Positions 1 through 9,115 are shown, counted from the stretch's first letter. The stretch is 64,000 nucleotides of DNA from Candidatus Latescibacterota bacterium (GCA_965200315.1 OZ241362.1:384001-448000); one strand, 5' to 3'. The notes: generated from the sequence alone by a model not told the origin. A program made the numbers and translations.

Positions 1-2
1 TG

Positions 3-698
3 GTGGTGCTTGAAGTCTTGGACGGCGGCGCTCAGCGCGAACAGGCGGTCCGCCACGTCGGGGTCCCCGCTCTGGTGGCTCTGGTCGACCTGCTAGGCAT
101 TGCTCAGTACGGTCTCTTGGCGATTGTCCTGATGGTCATCGCCGGCGTACTCTGTGAGCGGGTGCTCCTGTTCCACTTCGACAACCGCAAGGAGGTCATT
201 GAGGATCACAATATGGGGACGGCTTTTGTCGAAGCGGGAATGCACATTGCCAATGGCCTGATCGTTCTGGCTATTGTACTGGGCGAAGGGCCGCTGTGGA
301 GCGGCGTGGTTTTCTGGCTCCTAGCCCAAGTGGTGCTAGTGGTGGCCGGATTACTCTACGAGTGGATTACTCCCCATTCGATTCACCGCGAACTAGAGCG
401 CGACAATACTGCGGTTGGCTTGGCCTTCGGCGGTGTGCTGGTGGGCATGGGCAATATCGTCAGCATCGCAGCGGCCGGCGACTACGAAGGGTGGGTCGTC
501 GGGCTCGCGACCTTTGGCGTGGACGTGGTCTTTGGTTTTGTCGCGCTCTACGCCATTCACAAGTTGACCGATATGCTCTTGGCACCGGGAGTGCGTTTGG
601 GTGCCGAACAGGTCGAGGAGCAGCCGAATGTGGGGGCTGGGCTTATAGAAGCCTTTGGCTACGTGGGCGGATCGATCCTAATCGTCTGGGTCTTCTGA
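3..698 (+). CDS. DUF350-family membrane protein, 5' end outside window
   Basis: Hydrophobic ORF with repeated 'EVIEDHNMG' / 'ELERDNTAVG' / 'EQPNVGAG' units typical of DUF350. Confidence 0.75.
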   Translation: MVLEVLDGGAQREQAVRHVGVPALVALVDLLGIAQYGLLAIVLMVIAGVLCERVLLFHFDNRKEVIEDHNMGTAFVEAGMHIANGLIVLAIVLGEGPLWSGVVFWLLAQVVLVVAGLLYEWITPHSIHRELERDNTAVGLAFGGVLVGMGNIVSIAAAGDYEGWVVGLATFGVDVVFGFVALYAIHKLTDMLLAPGVRLGAEQVEEQPNVGAGLIEAFGYVGGSILIVWVF

Positions 699-1712
699 AC
701 TACTCCGCCGGCTCCGGTGCCACTGCCACAGCAGGGTGGGGCCACCAACGAAGACATAGGTCAGAGTTGCTAAAGCATGGGTCAACGTGGCGCAGGCCAA
801 AGCGGTGGCAAGAGGCACCGCGTAGAGGCGGTGCAGGGCTTCGCCGAAGAGGAGGTGATACGAGCCGATCGCCCCGGGCGTCGGAACAATCACGCCTATG
901 GACGATATGGCCATGATCACCAGCGCGGCGGCGGCGGCGAGGTCGTATGTTTGGTGCAAACCCATACCGATAAAAGCCACGTAGATAATGAACACGTAGG
1001 CTGAGTTGAGCAGGATTGAGCTGACGAGGATTTCAAAGTACGCGGTCGGCTGTTGCCGCAGAGCGGAAAGCCCGCCGATGAAGGTCTCGACGATTTCGAG
1101 GACCCGCTCGCCGCGTCCCCAAGTGAGTCGTGCGAGCAGCGGGCGAATGCTAGTTAAAATTTTTTCCCGATAAACCGATACCAAGACTAAGGCACTCAGC
1201 GCGACCAAGCAGCCGGCTAGGGCTAGCAGGCCGATGGTGTCCCGATCTGCACCGCCCGGCATCCAAAGTACGGGCAGGGCAATATCTATATAGACGACGA
1301 GCCAGAACAAGACGATGAGCCAAAACAGATCGAGAATGCGCTCCACCACGATCGTGGCCATTAGGGCGCTGATGCTCGCCCCGGTGGTCCACTTGAGGCT
1401 GACACACCGCAAGACCTCGCCCGAGCGCGGCACGGCCACATTGGCCGCATAGCATATAGCCAAAGCGAGCGACGCGTTGAGATTGCTCACTTGCGGCGCA
1501 AAGGGCCGCATGAGGACCTGCCAGCGCCAAGCCCGCAATACCAAGGTCCCCAGCGTTGCGACGCACATAACCGCGGCCCAAGCCAGTGAAATGCCGGTCA
1601 TGGCATCCCAGAGTTCCCCGCGGTTTATCCCCTCAAAGGCCCAATAAATAAAAAGCCCCATCAGGCCTAGGCTTAGCCCATACTGGAGGATTTGTTTCAG
1701 GAGCTTGTGCAT
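678..1712 (-). CDS. Lysylphosphatidylglycerol synthase TM / flippase-like (UPF0104) membrane protein
   Basis: LRAWRW, PRSGEVLR, VVERILD and PTPGAIGSYH motifs. Confidence 0.85.
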   Translation of the reverse strand: MHKLLKQILQYGLSLGLMGLFIYWAFEGINRGELWDAMTGISLAWAAVMCVATLGTLVLRAWRWQVLMRPFAPQVSNLNASLALAICYAANVAVPRSGEVLRCVSLKWTTGASISALMATIVVERILDLFWLIVLFWLVVYIDIALPVLWMPGGADRDTIGLLALAGCLVALSALVLVSVYREKILTSIRPLLARLTWGRGERVLEIVETFIGGLSALRQQPTAYFEILVSSILLNSAYVFIIYVAFIGMGLHQTYDLAAAAALVIMAISSIGVIVPTPGAIGSYHLLFGEALHRLYAVPLATALACATLTHALATLTYVFVGGPTLLWQWHRSRRSSSEDPDD

Positions 1713-1788
1713 CTCACTGGTAAACGCAAAGCAGGGGATCTGGCGACCCCCTGCTGCATGGCGGAAGGAATAGGCTGGCTGGATTTGT

Positions 1789-2409
1789 TCAAGCCTGTAT
1801 GGGTTGAATTTTGCCCATTTTCTCTAATAGGTCGATGACCTGCACGGCAGCCTCCGAGGGCGTTGCCATGTTGGTTTTGACGACCAATTCAGGCTCTTCG
1901 GGTTCTTCATAGGGATCTGAAACACCGGTAAAATTGGGTATCTCACCGGCTCGGGCTTTTTTGTAGAGGCCCTTGGGATCGCGCTCTTCACACAGCTCAA
2001 TTGGGGTATCGACAAAAATTTCGACGAAATCGCCCTCTGCCATCAGCGCCCGCACCCCGTCGCGGTCGGCTCGATAGGGGCTGACAAAGCTGGCGAGGGT
2101 TAGGAAACCCCCATCGACAAAGAGCTTTCCTACCTCGCCGATCCGCCGAATGTTTTCCGCCCGGTCGTCAGCGGAAAAGCCCAAATTTTTGTTGAGCCCA
2201 AAGCGAATGTTGTCGCCGTCTAGCACATAGGCTAAATGGCCACGAGCGGCCAAAGCGTGTTCGACTGTATAGGCAATCGTGCTTTTGCCCGAACTCGGCA
2301 AGCCCGTCAGCCAGAGCAAGACCCCTTGTTGGTGCAATAGGCTTTCGCGTTGCTGGCGGCTGACATGGCCCTCGTGTCGGACGATATTGGTCGCTTTAAT
2401 AGCAGTCAA
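1789..2409 (-). CDS. cysC: Adenylyl-sulfate kinase
   Basis: WLTGLPSSGKST, LDGDNIR, RDPKGLYKKA, FTGVSDPYE. Confidence 0.97.
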   Translation of the reverse strand: MTAIKATNIVRHEGHVSRQQRESLLHQQGVLLWLTGLPSSGKSTIAYTVEHALAARGHLAYVLDGDNIRFGLNKNLGFSADDRAENIRRIGEVGKLFVDGGFLTLASFVSPYRADRDGVRALMAEGDFVEIFVDTPIELCEERDPKGLYKKARAGEIPNFTGVSDPYEEPEEPELVVKTNMATPSEAAVQVIDLLEKMGKIQPIQA

Positions 2410-2516
2410 AGTTCACCTCGTGATTTTAGAGATAAGTTCCATGGAAAACTCATAATAACGACCATGCGGCCTTAATTCGTCAAGGAAGCGGCCTAGGTGC
2501 GAGCGGGACTATTTTA

Positions 2517-2546
2517 TTGACGGTTGATAGTTCATATATTTATAAT
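2517..2546 (+). promoter_or_regulatory. Sigma70-like promoter TTGACG-N18-TATAAT upstream of the PorV-like gene
   Basis: Near-consensus -35 at 2517-2522 and perfect -10 at 2541-2546 in an AT-rich intergenic region. Confidence 0.55.
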
Positions 2547-2594
2547 ATGACAACATATTACAAGCGCATCTCACCAAGCGGAGGAGGCAAGCGT

Positions 2595-3521
2595 ATGAAA
2601 ATTGCAATTAGCATCACCTGTGCGGCCTTGCTGGCAACGGCCAGCGAGGGTGTAGTCAACATTCAGAATGTGGGTTCGGGGGCGCGCGCCCAGGGGTTGG
2701 GCAACAGCTTTGTGGCGGTGGCCGACAACGCCGATGCGGTGTTTGCCAATCCGGCTGGGTTGGGTCAAGTTTCCCAGCGTCAGGTGGCCTACACCAATGT
2801 GTCGCTTTTGTATGCTGGCATTGAAGGTGACGATCTGGGTCAGCACGTGGTGTCCTATGCGCAGCCGTTGGGCGACAAGCTGGGCTTGGGTTTGGGCTAT
2901 GAGCGGATTGGCTCCTCGCTGATGAGTGAAAACGGGGCGTTTGTGTCGCTGTCGTATCAGGTGGAGCGTCGGCTGCAGGTGGGCGTATCGGCCAAGTATT
3001 TGTTTTGGAGTGTGGGGTCGATTCCCGACGATGACGGGCGTGCCGATCCGCTGTCGAACCAGAGTGCGGGCAATGTCGGGGTTGATTTGGGTTTGCTGTG
3101 GCAGAGTCCGGTGCAAGGGGCGCAGGTGGGGGTGTTGTTGAAGAATCTCAACCAGCCGAATGTGGCCTATGGCAAGGTGGAAGGGGATGCGGATGCGGGT
3201 GCGTTGCCGATGGACGTGCATGTGGGGGTGGGGTATCGTCTGAGCAGTCAGTCGTTGGTTTCGGTTCAGTATGTTCGTCGTGATTTGACGGGTGAGGATT
3301 CGGATCAGGGGTTGGTGGTTGGTGGGGAGACGCAGTTGGTGGAGGGGTTGTTGTTGCGGGCGGGCGGTCGTCGTTTGTTGTCGGAGGACGCCGGCGGTGG
3401 TTTGAATGCGGGGTTGGGGTATCAGTGGAACCAGTTGGTGTTCGACTATGCCTATGACATCGGTTTGGATTTGACCGAGACCAATGGCGCACATCGGTTC
3501 TCCTTCGCATACGAATTCTAA
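2595..3521 (+). CDS. PorV/PorQ-like (FadL-related) outer-membrane beta-barrel protein
   Basis: GAGGAGG SD at 2581 before ATG 2595; signal peptide; GARAQGLGNSFVAVADNADAVFANPAGL; C-terminal HRFSFAYEF. Confidence 0.85.
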   Translation: MKIAISITCAALLATASEGVVNIQNVGSGARAQGLGNSFVAVADNADAVFANPAGLGQVSQRQVAYTNVSLLYAGIEGDDLGQHVVSYAQPLGDKLGLGLGYERIGSSLMSENGAFVSLSYQVERRLQVGVSAKYLFWSVGSIPDDDGRADPLSNQSAGNVGVDLGLLWQSPVQGAQVGVLLKNLNQPNVAYGKVEGDADAGALPMDVHVGVGYRLSSQSLVSVQYVRRDLTGEDSDQGLVVGGETQLVEGLLLRAGGRRLLSEDAGGGLNAGLGYQWNQLVFDYAYDIGLDLTETNGAHRFSFAYEF

Positions 3522-3542
3522 AAAAATAAACACCCCGGTGAG

Positions 3543-3578
3543 AAAGGCCGTCCCCCGAGCGGGACGGCCTTTTTGTTT
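3543..3578 (+). terminator. Intrinsic terminator between convergent genes, probably bidirectional
   Basis: AAAGGCCGTCCC-loop-GGGACGGCCTTT followed by a T-tract. Confidence 0.85.
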
Positions 3579-4320
3579 ATTCTACGATGTCTTCATCCAC
3601 ATCGGTCACCAAAGTGCCTATGTCTTGACCTCGGCAGATGCGCTCTATGGTTCCCCTGTCAGAGAAGTCAAAAAAGTGCATGGGCATCTTGTGATCGCGC
3701 GCTAACAAGACGGAGGATTGGTCGGCGATGATGAGGTTTTCTTGGATGATCGTGTTGTATTGCATCCGCCGGTACAGCCTCGCGTGGGGATCGGCGTGAG
3801 GGTCGGCTGTAAAGATGCCGCTGACTTGGTTCTTGGCAAAAAGCAGGGCTTGGGACCGCGTCTCAATCGCACGCTGGGCTGCGGTGTAGTCCGTAGTTAC
3901 GTACGGATTGCCGATGCCAGCGGCAAAGATGACTATGTAGTGCTTTTCTAGGTGGTGAATCGCGCGCAGCCGAATAAAAGGCTCGGCTACCGTGTTGATG
4001 GCGATGGCACTCATCACCCGGACTTCGACATCGGATTTAGAGGTGAGGACCCCGCGCAGCATCAGGCTGTTGATCACCGTGCCCATCGTACCGATGTTGT
4101 CGGCTTCGGCCCGTTCAATACCCCACTGATTGGCGAGCGTGCCACGGAATATATTGCCGCCGCCAATGACGATGGATATTTCGACCCCACAGGCGTGCAA
4201 GTTGAGGACTTCGTCGGCAATGTGCTCTAGGGACTCTGGGTCAAAGCCCACGTCGTGCGGGCCGGAGATGGCTTCTCCGCTCAGCTTGAGCAGGACTCGA
4301 TTGTATCGAATAGAGGTCAG
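3577..4320 (-). CDS. pyrH: Uridylate kinase; start extended to CTG at 4320
   Basis: The frame upstream of the ORF-track start reads LTSIRYNRVLLKLSGEA; GGGNIFRG and GNPYVTTD motifs present. Confidence 0.9.
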   Translation of the reverse strand: MTSIRYNRVLLKLSGEAISGPHDVGFDPESLEHIADEVLNLHACGVEISIVIGGGNIFRGTLANQWGIERAEADNIGTMGTVINSLMLRGVLTSKSDVEVRVMSAIAINTVAEPFIRLRAIHHLEKHYIVIFAAGIGNPYVTTDYTAAQRAIETRSQALLFAKNQVSGIFTADPHADPHARLYRRMQYNTIIQENLIIADQSSVLLARDHKMPMHFFDFSDRGTIERICRGQDIGTLVTDVDEDIVE

Positions 4321-5765
4321 AGTAGTCGCCCCTTTTCGATGGCATGCGCTTCTGGATGGACTGCGGCCAATTCCTCTACCCGGCCGACGAAAAGCTCGAC
4401 TTGCTGGGTGGCCGCGCCCGTGAGGCGACGACTGCGGAAGATCGTGGCGGCGATTTCCTCTTCCCTGAGCGGAAAGCGAGGATCCGCACCCAAGCGACGC
4501 GCCAAATCGCTGGTACTCTGGCCTTGTTCGCGCATGTCGATAGCCGCAGCTAGGGCATGCTCTCTGAGAGCGGTATGGGCCTCTTCGCGGCCAGTGCCTC
4601 GTTGGATGGCCTCCATCAGCAGGGTCGTGGTTGCGAGGAAGGGCAGATAGCGGTCGAGATCGCGGGCGATTACCGCTTCATAGACGCCCATATCGTCGAG
4701 GATGTGGAGCGTGGTTTCGATCATGCCATCAAAGGCGAAGAACCCATCGGGGAGGGCCACGCGGCGCACGACCGAGCAGGAGACATCGCCTTCAAACCAC
4801 TGATCGCCAGCCAGTGCGCCCTGCATGTGGACATAGCCGCCGAGGACGACCTGCAACCCGTTGACTCGCTCGCTGCTGCGGGAGTTCATTTTGTGTGGCA
4901 TGGCCGAAGAGCCGACCTGTCCGGCGGCAAAGCCCTCAGTGAGCATGTCGTGGCCGGCCATCAGGCGGATCACCCGGGCCAAATTGGCAATGCCTGCCCC
5001 AAGTTGGTAGAGGCAGCTTAACACCTCAAAGTCGAGGCTGCGGGGATAGATTTGGCCGACGGCCCCTAGTTCCCGTTGGAAGCCCAGGTGGTGCCGTACG
5101 CGGGCTTGGAGCTGCTCGAGCTTGCCCGCGTCGTCGGCGAGCAGGGTCAGTTGATCGACGGCTGTGCCGACCGCTCCCTTGAGACCCCGCAGGGGATAGC
5201 GCCGGACGAGTTCGTCGAGGCGATCAAAGGCGACCAGCATTTCCTCGCCGAACATGGCAAGGCGCTTGCCAAGCGTCGTGGGTTGCGCAGCCGCGTAGTG
5301 GGTCCTGCCAGCAATTGCGAGTTCCTTCCATTGCAGCGATCGCTGGCCTAGGCGCAAAAGAAGGGCCACGTACTTTACCTGCATGTGTTGCAAGGAGCGG
5401 AGAATCTGGTACTGCTCGACATTGTCGGTCAGATCGCGGCTGGTCATTCCCTTGTGAATGTGCTCAAAGCCGGCCAAGCTGCAAAACTCTTCGATGCGCG
5501 CCTTGACGTCATGCCGCAAAACGGCTTCGCGGTGCGCGATAGATTCGAGGTCAACTTGATCCTTGACGCGCTCGTAGGCGCCTATGGCTGCGGCGGGCAC
5601 ATCGAGCTTTAAGTCGCGCTGTGCTTTGAGGATGGCAATCCACAGTTCACGCTCGAGGACGATGCGCCCGCGCTCAGACCACAGGTCTTGGATCGCTTGG
5701 CTGGCGTAGCGCTGGGCGAGAACGTTGGCAATGGCGGAAGGCATGACGCGACTTATCATAAGCAT
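4317..5765 (-). CDS. purB: Adenylosuccinate lyase
   Basis: RHDVKARI, HKGMTSRD, GSSAMPHKMN signature. Confidence 0.96.
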   Translation of the reverse strand: MLMISRVMPSAIANVLAQRYASQAIQDLWSERGRIVLERELWIAILKAQRDLKLDVPAAAIGAYERVKDQVDLESIAHREAVLRHDVKARIEEFCSLAGFEHIHKGMTSRDLTDNVEQYQILRSLQHMQVKYVALLLRLGQRSLQWKELAIAGRTHYAAAQPTTLGKRLAMFGEEMLVAFDRLDELVRRYPLRGLKGAVGTAVDQLTLLADDAGKLEQLQARVRHHLGFQRELGAVGQIYPRSLDFEVLSCLYQLGAGIANLARVIRLMAGHDMLTEGFAAGQVGSSAMPHKMNSRSSERVNGLQVVLGGYVHMQGALAGDQWFEGDVSCSVVRRVALPDGFFAFDGMIETTLHILDDMGVYEAVIARDLDRYLPFLATTTLLMEAIQRGTGREEAHTALREHALAAAIDMREQGQSTSDLARRLGADPRFPLREEEIAATIFRSRRLTGAATQQVELFVGRVEELAAVHPEAHAIEKGRLL

Positions 5766-5791
5766 TGCGCATCATAAACGCCAATGGAGCG

Positions 5792-7264
5792 TCAGATTAG
5801 CCCTAGCCACCGCCAATAGAGTAGGTTGAGCGGACAGAGCAGGACCAAGGATGCCGTGGAAATAAGGCCTTGGGCGAGGATGAGTTGCTGCATGGAGAGT
5901 TGCCGAAAACCATAGGCCACCATGAAAGGTGCCGACTGGTAGGGCAAGAAGGCCAAAGTAGTTGCCATCGCCACGCTGAATGCCGCCGGCAATGGCGCGA
6001 TCCCGTGCTGGGCCCCTAACTCCATTAGGGGGATGGTTGCCACGCCGGCTACAGCGGCGATATCCATCAGGAAATCAAGGGGGAGGGCGACCAAACAAAG
6101 CGACAGGTGCTTGCCCAGCCAGCCGTATTCCTCCAACGCCAGATACTCACTGCAAGCCGCGATGAACAGATGATTAAACCCGGCCGCGTCCAAGGCGTGA
6201 CCCAACGTGAGCAGAGCGACAATGTAGGCTATGAGCGCAAAACGCACCTTGACTAAGTCGCCCAAACGGAGCAGTCCCCAGCGCGGCCAAAGGAACAACG
6301 CCACTAGGCCCAAGCCAATATAGACGGGTTGGATGTGGTGCAAGAAGTCCGTGGCCCACAAGCCCACGCCCGTAAGGAGAATGTACAGGGCGCACCGCTG
6401 GACGCGGGTCAGCGGTGCGCTATTAGAAGAAGGGGTCCGCTGGATAACATGGCCGTCGAGGTGGCGGCCGAAAAGCATCCAGATCACACCGAGCGATACC
6501 AACGTGCGCAAAAAGCCGATGACCGGAAACATCCAATACAGCCAATTGGCCCAAAATATGGGTGCGCCTTGGATTTTTTCGTATTGGCCGGCCAAGACCA
6601 AGTTGGGCACAGAGCCGGTCAAAAGTCCACAACCGCCAAAATACGTGCTGCAAAGCAGAGAGAGCAAAACCGCGGCCTTGAGATGCGGCGATGGACGAAC
6701 GTGCAGGCGCTCGACGAGGGCGATGCCAATCGGCATTAGGAACAGGACGCGGATTACCCCGGACGGGATCAGGAAAGCCATCCCCAGCCCGATCAGGTGC
6801 AATTGGCAAAGTAGGAAAAAGGGGCGTTGCGACAGACGGGACTGAAGCCAAAAAGCCAGCGTATCTCCGAGGCCCGTTTTGGCTACCCCCAAGCTCAGGG
6901 CCATGCCGGCGAGGACGAGCCAGACAGTCTTAGAGACGAAAGGGGCTAGGCTCTGCTCGAAACTCAGTAGGCCAACGGCCGGGATCAGGGCGAGCACTCC
7001 CGCCGAACTCAGGGCGATAGGTATGGGTTCAGTAGTCCAAAAAAACAGGGCAAACAGGGCGATGCCAAGGGCGTTTTGCACGGGGCTAGGCAGTGCAGCA
7101 AAAGGAGCGGCAAAGCCCAAGAGGAGGGCCGCGATACCCAATAGCAAGCCCGCCCATTGTTTGGGCGCTAGCTTGGTCAGAGAGAGTCGGCGGGGCAAGG
7201 GACCTTGTGGGGCTTGAGGTGGAGCACAAAATAAAAAAGCCCCAGATTTTGGAAAGCGGCCCAA
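5792..7264 (-). CDS. SLC13/DASS family di/tricarboxylate or sulfate permease (start uncertain)
   Basis: FWTTEPIP, GLLTGSVPN and LPYQSAP motifs; many TM helices. Confidence 0.85.
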   Translation of the reverse strand: MGRFPKSGAFLFCAPPQAPQGPLPRRLSLTKLAPKQWAGLLLGIAALLLGFAAPFAALPSPVQNALGIALFALFFWTTEPIPIALSSAGVLALIPAVGLLSFEQSLAPFVSKTVWLVLAGMALSLGVAKTGLGDTLAFWLQSRLSQRPFFLLCQLHLIGLGMAFLIPSGVIRVLFLMPIGIALVERLHVRPSPHLKAAVLLSLLCSTYFGGCGLLTGSVPNLVLAGQYEKIQGAPIFWANWLYWMFPVIGFLRTLVSLGVIWMLFGRHLDGHVIQRTPSSNSAPLTRVQRCALYILLTGVGLWATDFLHHIQPVYIGLGLVALFLWPRWGLLRLGDLVKVRFALIAYIVALLTLGHALDAAGFNHLFIAACSEYLALEEYGWLGKHLSLCLVALPLDFLMDIAAVAGVATIPLMELGAQHGIAPLPAAFSVAMATTLAFLPYQSAPFMVAYGFRQLSMQQLILAQGLISTASLVLLCPLNLLYWRWLGLI

Positions 7265-7295
7265 GCCTATTATTTTTGCATAGAGGATACGTGCA

Positions 7296-7679
7296 GTGAG
7301 CTACTGCCAGCTAAAGCAGGTAGCTTCTAACGGAGCACGCATGAGTTGACTACCTCTACGTTACGCTCCGTAGGCCTGCACCGGGCCTGATGCTCAACCG
7401 AAGTTGAGAAACACAGTTACTCCGACCTGTGGTCGGAGACTTGGGTGGGACAACCTGCTGCCAGCGTTTGCAGCTTTGCAGCATCGCGACCGGCTCTTAC
7501 AGCTCTTACAGCCTTGCCGAACGCTCGCTGTAGGTTGACCACGCAACAGATGAGTCCACGTCGATTCATAGACAAAATCTATCGTAGATCGGCTATCGCT
7601 CCGGGCACTACGCGCCCATCGCTCAAGCCGGTCTCCATGCCCCTGTCAGCTAAAGCAAACAGTCCTCTGGAGACTTTTT
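7296..7679 (-). mobile_element. Non-autonomous IS200/IS605-family element (no tnpA or tnpB) with a TnpB reRNA/omegaRNA-like right end
   Basis: Both ends carry the same CAGCTAAAGCA hairpin core (7308-7318, 7647-7657). The minus-strand 3' end reads GGAGCGTAACGTAGAG...ATGCGTGCTCCG..AGAAGCTACCTGCTTTAGCTGGCAGTAGCTCAC. CCAT lies immediately 5' of the left end. Confidence 0.75.
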
Positions 7680-9113
7680 ATGGCTCAATTGAAAGCGATC
7701 CGCCTGCGCTTAGACAAGCCTTTGACCGGGCCGTACGACCGCCTTTTGGGCCGCCCTGGTCCCGAAGTCATCTCACTGGCAGCGGGCGAAACCATGGCGA
7801 TCATCCGCGGTGCGCGGCTACTAAAAGCCATGCCCTTGTGGGAAAGCACGGACGCGTGTTATTACTCCAAAAAGACGGCTCCTGGGTGGGCCGCGGAAAA
7901 TTTTAGAGATGTAGAGCAAGCCGAGCGTTGGGCAGAGAAAGGGCTGGTGAATTCGCTGGCTGTGCCCATAGGCTACTTCAAGCTGCCCAATGCCGCTTGG
8001 ATCGGCGCGCTGGCAGCCGAACTGACGCCGTGGACGGCCCAAGCCGTTGAAGCATGGCGGACAGGGATTAAGCGGGACATTTGGCTGACCGTACTGAGGG
8101 TATATGGCTGTGCGCCCGTGCAACCGAAATTTTTGCGGAAAACGGGCGCGGACCCGCTGCGCGTTAGGCCCTTTGAGATTGAGCAATTGCAGCCGGTCGT
8201 TTTAGAAAGAGATATCGAGCGGCGGATGGAACAGATACAAGAGGCTGTAGCACGGCATGCTCGCGGTGGCGGTACCCGTGTGGGCGCAAGCTACGACGGC
8301 CAGGCTTTCACTGCGGAGACTGGCTACAGTGCCGATGAGCTAAAGGGCTGGATTGACCAATTGCAGCGCAAGCAGCAGCTCATTCTATACGGCCCGCCCG
8401 GCACCGGCAAGACGTACTTGGCCAAGTGCTTGGCTCGTTATCTGGTGGATGGCGGCGGTTTCAGCGAACTCGTGCAATTCCACGCCTCGTACGCGTATGA
8501 GGATTTCGTCCAAGGAATTCGGCCGCAGGTCGTGGATGGCGCACTGCACTACGAATTGACCGCCGGGCACTTTCTGCGGTTTTGCGCCAAGGCGCGCCAA
8601 GCCGCAGAAAAGCCCTGCGTGCTGATCATCGACGAAATCAACCGCGCTAACCTCGCGCGCGTTTTTGGCGAGTTAATGTACCTGTTGGAATACCGCGATC
8701 GCCCGATCACGCTGGCCGCTGGCGGCTCCGAGTTTTCGCTCCCGGCCAACGTCTATCTCATCGGCACCATGAACACGGCCGACCGGTCGATCGCCTTGGT
8801 CGATCAAGCCATGCGGCGGCGATTCAGCTTTGTCCGCCTGCGCCCCAACTACCAGCTTTTGGCAAATTATCTCGAGAATAGGAGCTTACCGCCGGATAAA
8901 TTGGTCGCGCTACTAAAAGAAGTAAATCAATCCATTGGGGATGAGGACTGCGAACTGGGTATTTCTTTCTTCATGGTCGCCGATGTCGCAACGGCGCTGG
9001 CGCATATTTGGCAAGGCGAGGTCGAGCCGTATCTGGAGGAGGTGTTTTTCGATCGCCCGGACCAGATGGCGCGCTTTCGCTGGTCCAAAGTCGCCGAGCG
9101 TTTGCAGGATTAG
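7680..9113 (+). CDS. mcrB: McrB-family AAA+ GTPase with a non-canonical N-terminal domain
   Basis: GPPGTGKT, QFHASYAYEDFVQG, IIDEINRANL, GTMNTADRS, MRRRF. Confidence 0.92.
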   Translation: MAQLKAIRLRLDKPLTGPYDRLLGRPGPEVISLAAGETMAIIRGARLLKAMPLWESTDACYYSKKTAPGWAAENFRDVEQAERWAEKGLVNSLAVPIGYFKLPNAAWIGALAAELTPWTAQAVEAWRTGIKRDIWLTVLRVYGCAPVQPKFLRKTGADPLRVRPFEIEQLQPVVLERDIERRMEQIQEAVARHARGGGTRVGASYDGQAFTAETGYSADELKGWIDQLQRKQQLILYGPPGTGKTYLAKCLARYLVDGGGFSELVQFHASYAYEDFVQGIRPQVVDGALHYELTAGHFLRFCAKARQAAEKPCVLIIDEINRANLARVFGELMYLLEYRDRPITLAAGGSEFSLPANVYLIGTMNTADRSIALVDQAMRRRFSFVRLRPNYQLLANYLENRSLPPDKLVALLKEVNQSIGDEDCELGISFFMVADVATALAHIWQGEVEPYLEEVFFDRPDQMARFRWSKVAERLQD

Positions 9114-9115
9114 GC

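Noticed and set aside
2528-2554. Possible seventh dif-like site (right arm ATATGACAAC)
   Set aside because: The left arm TAGTTCATATA lacks the inner TATAA, and the region is adequately explained as a sigma70 promoter.
2571-3533. Long antisense ORF (320 aa) opposite the PorV-like gene, and similar overlapping ORFs across the window
   Set aside because: These are shadow ORFs caused by codon bias and high GC; they show no recognisable motifs.
7545-7595. Hammerhead-ribozyme-like string CAGATGAGTC...GACAAAATCTATCGTAGATC
   Set aside because: Two invariant core positions deviate (CUGA to CAGA, GAAA to AAAA) and no stem I pairing is apparent.
7296-7679. Plus-strand IscB/HEARO omegaRNA or a group I intron (IStron)
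   Set aside because: The minus-strand reading fits TnpB-type right-end architecture and the CCAT target better. No IscB ORF or recognisable group I core was found.
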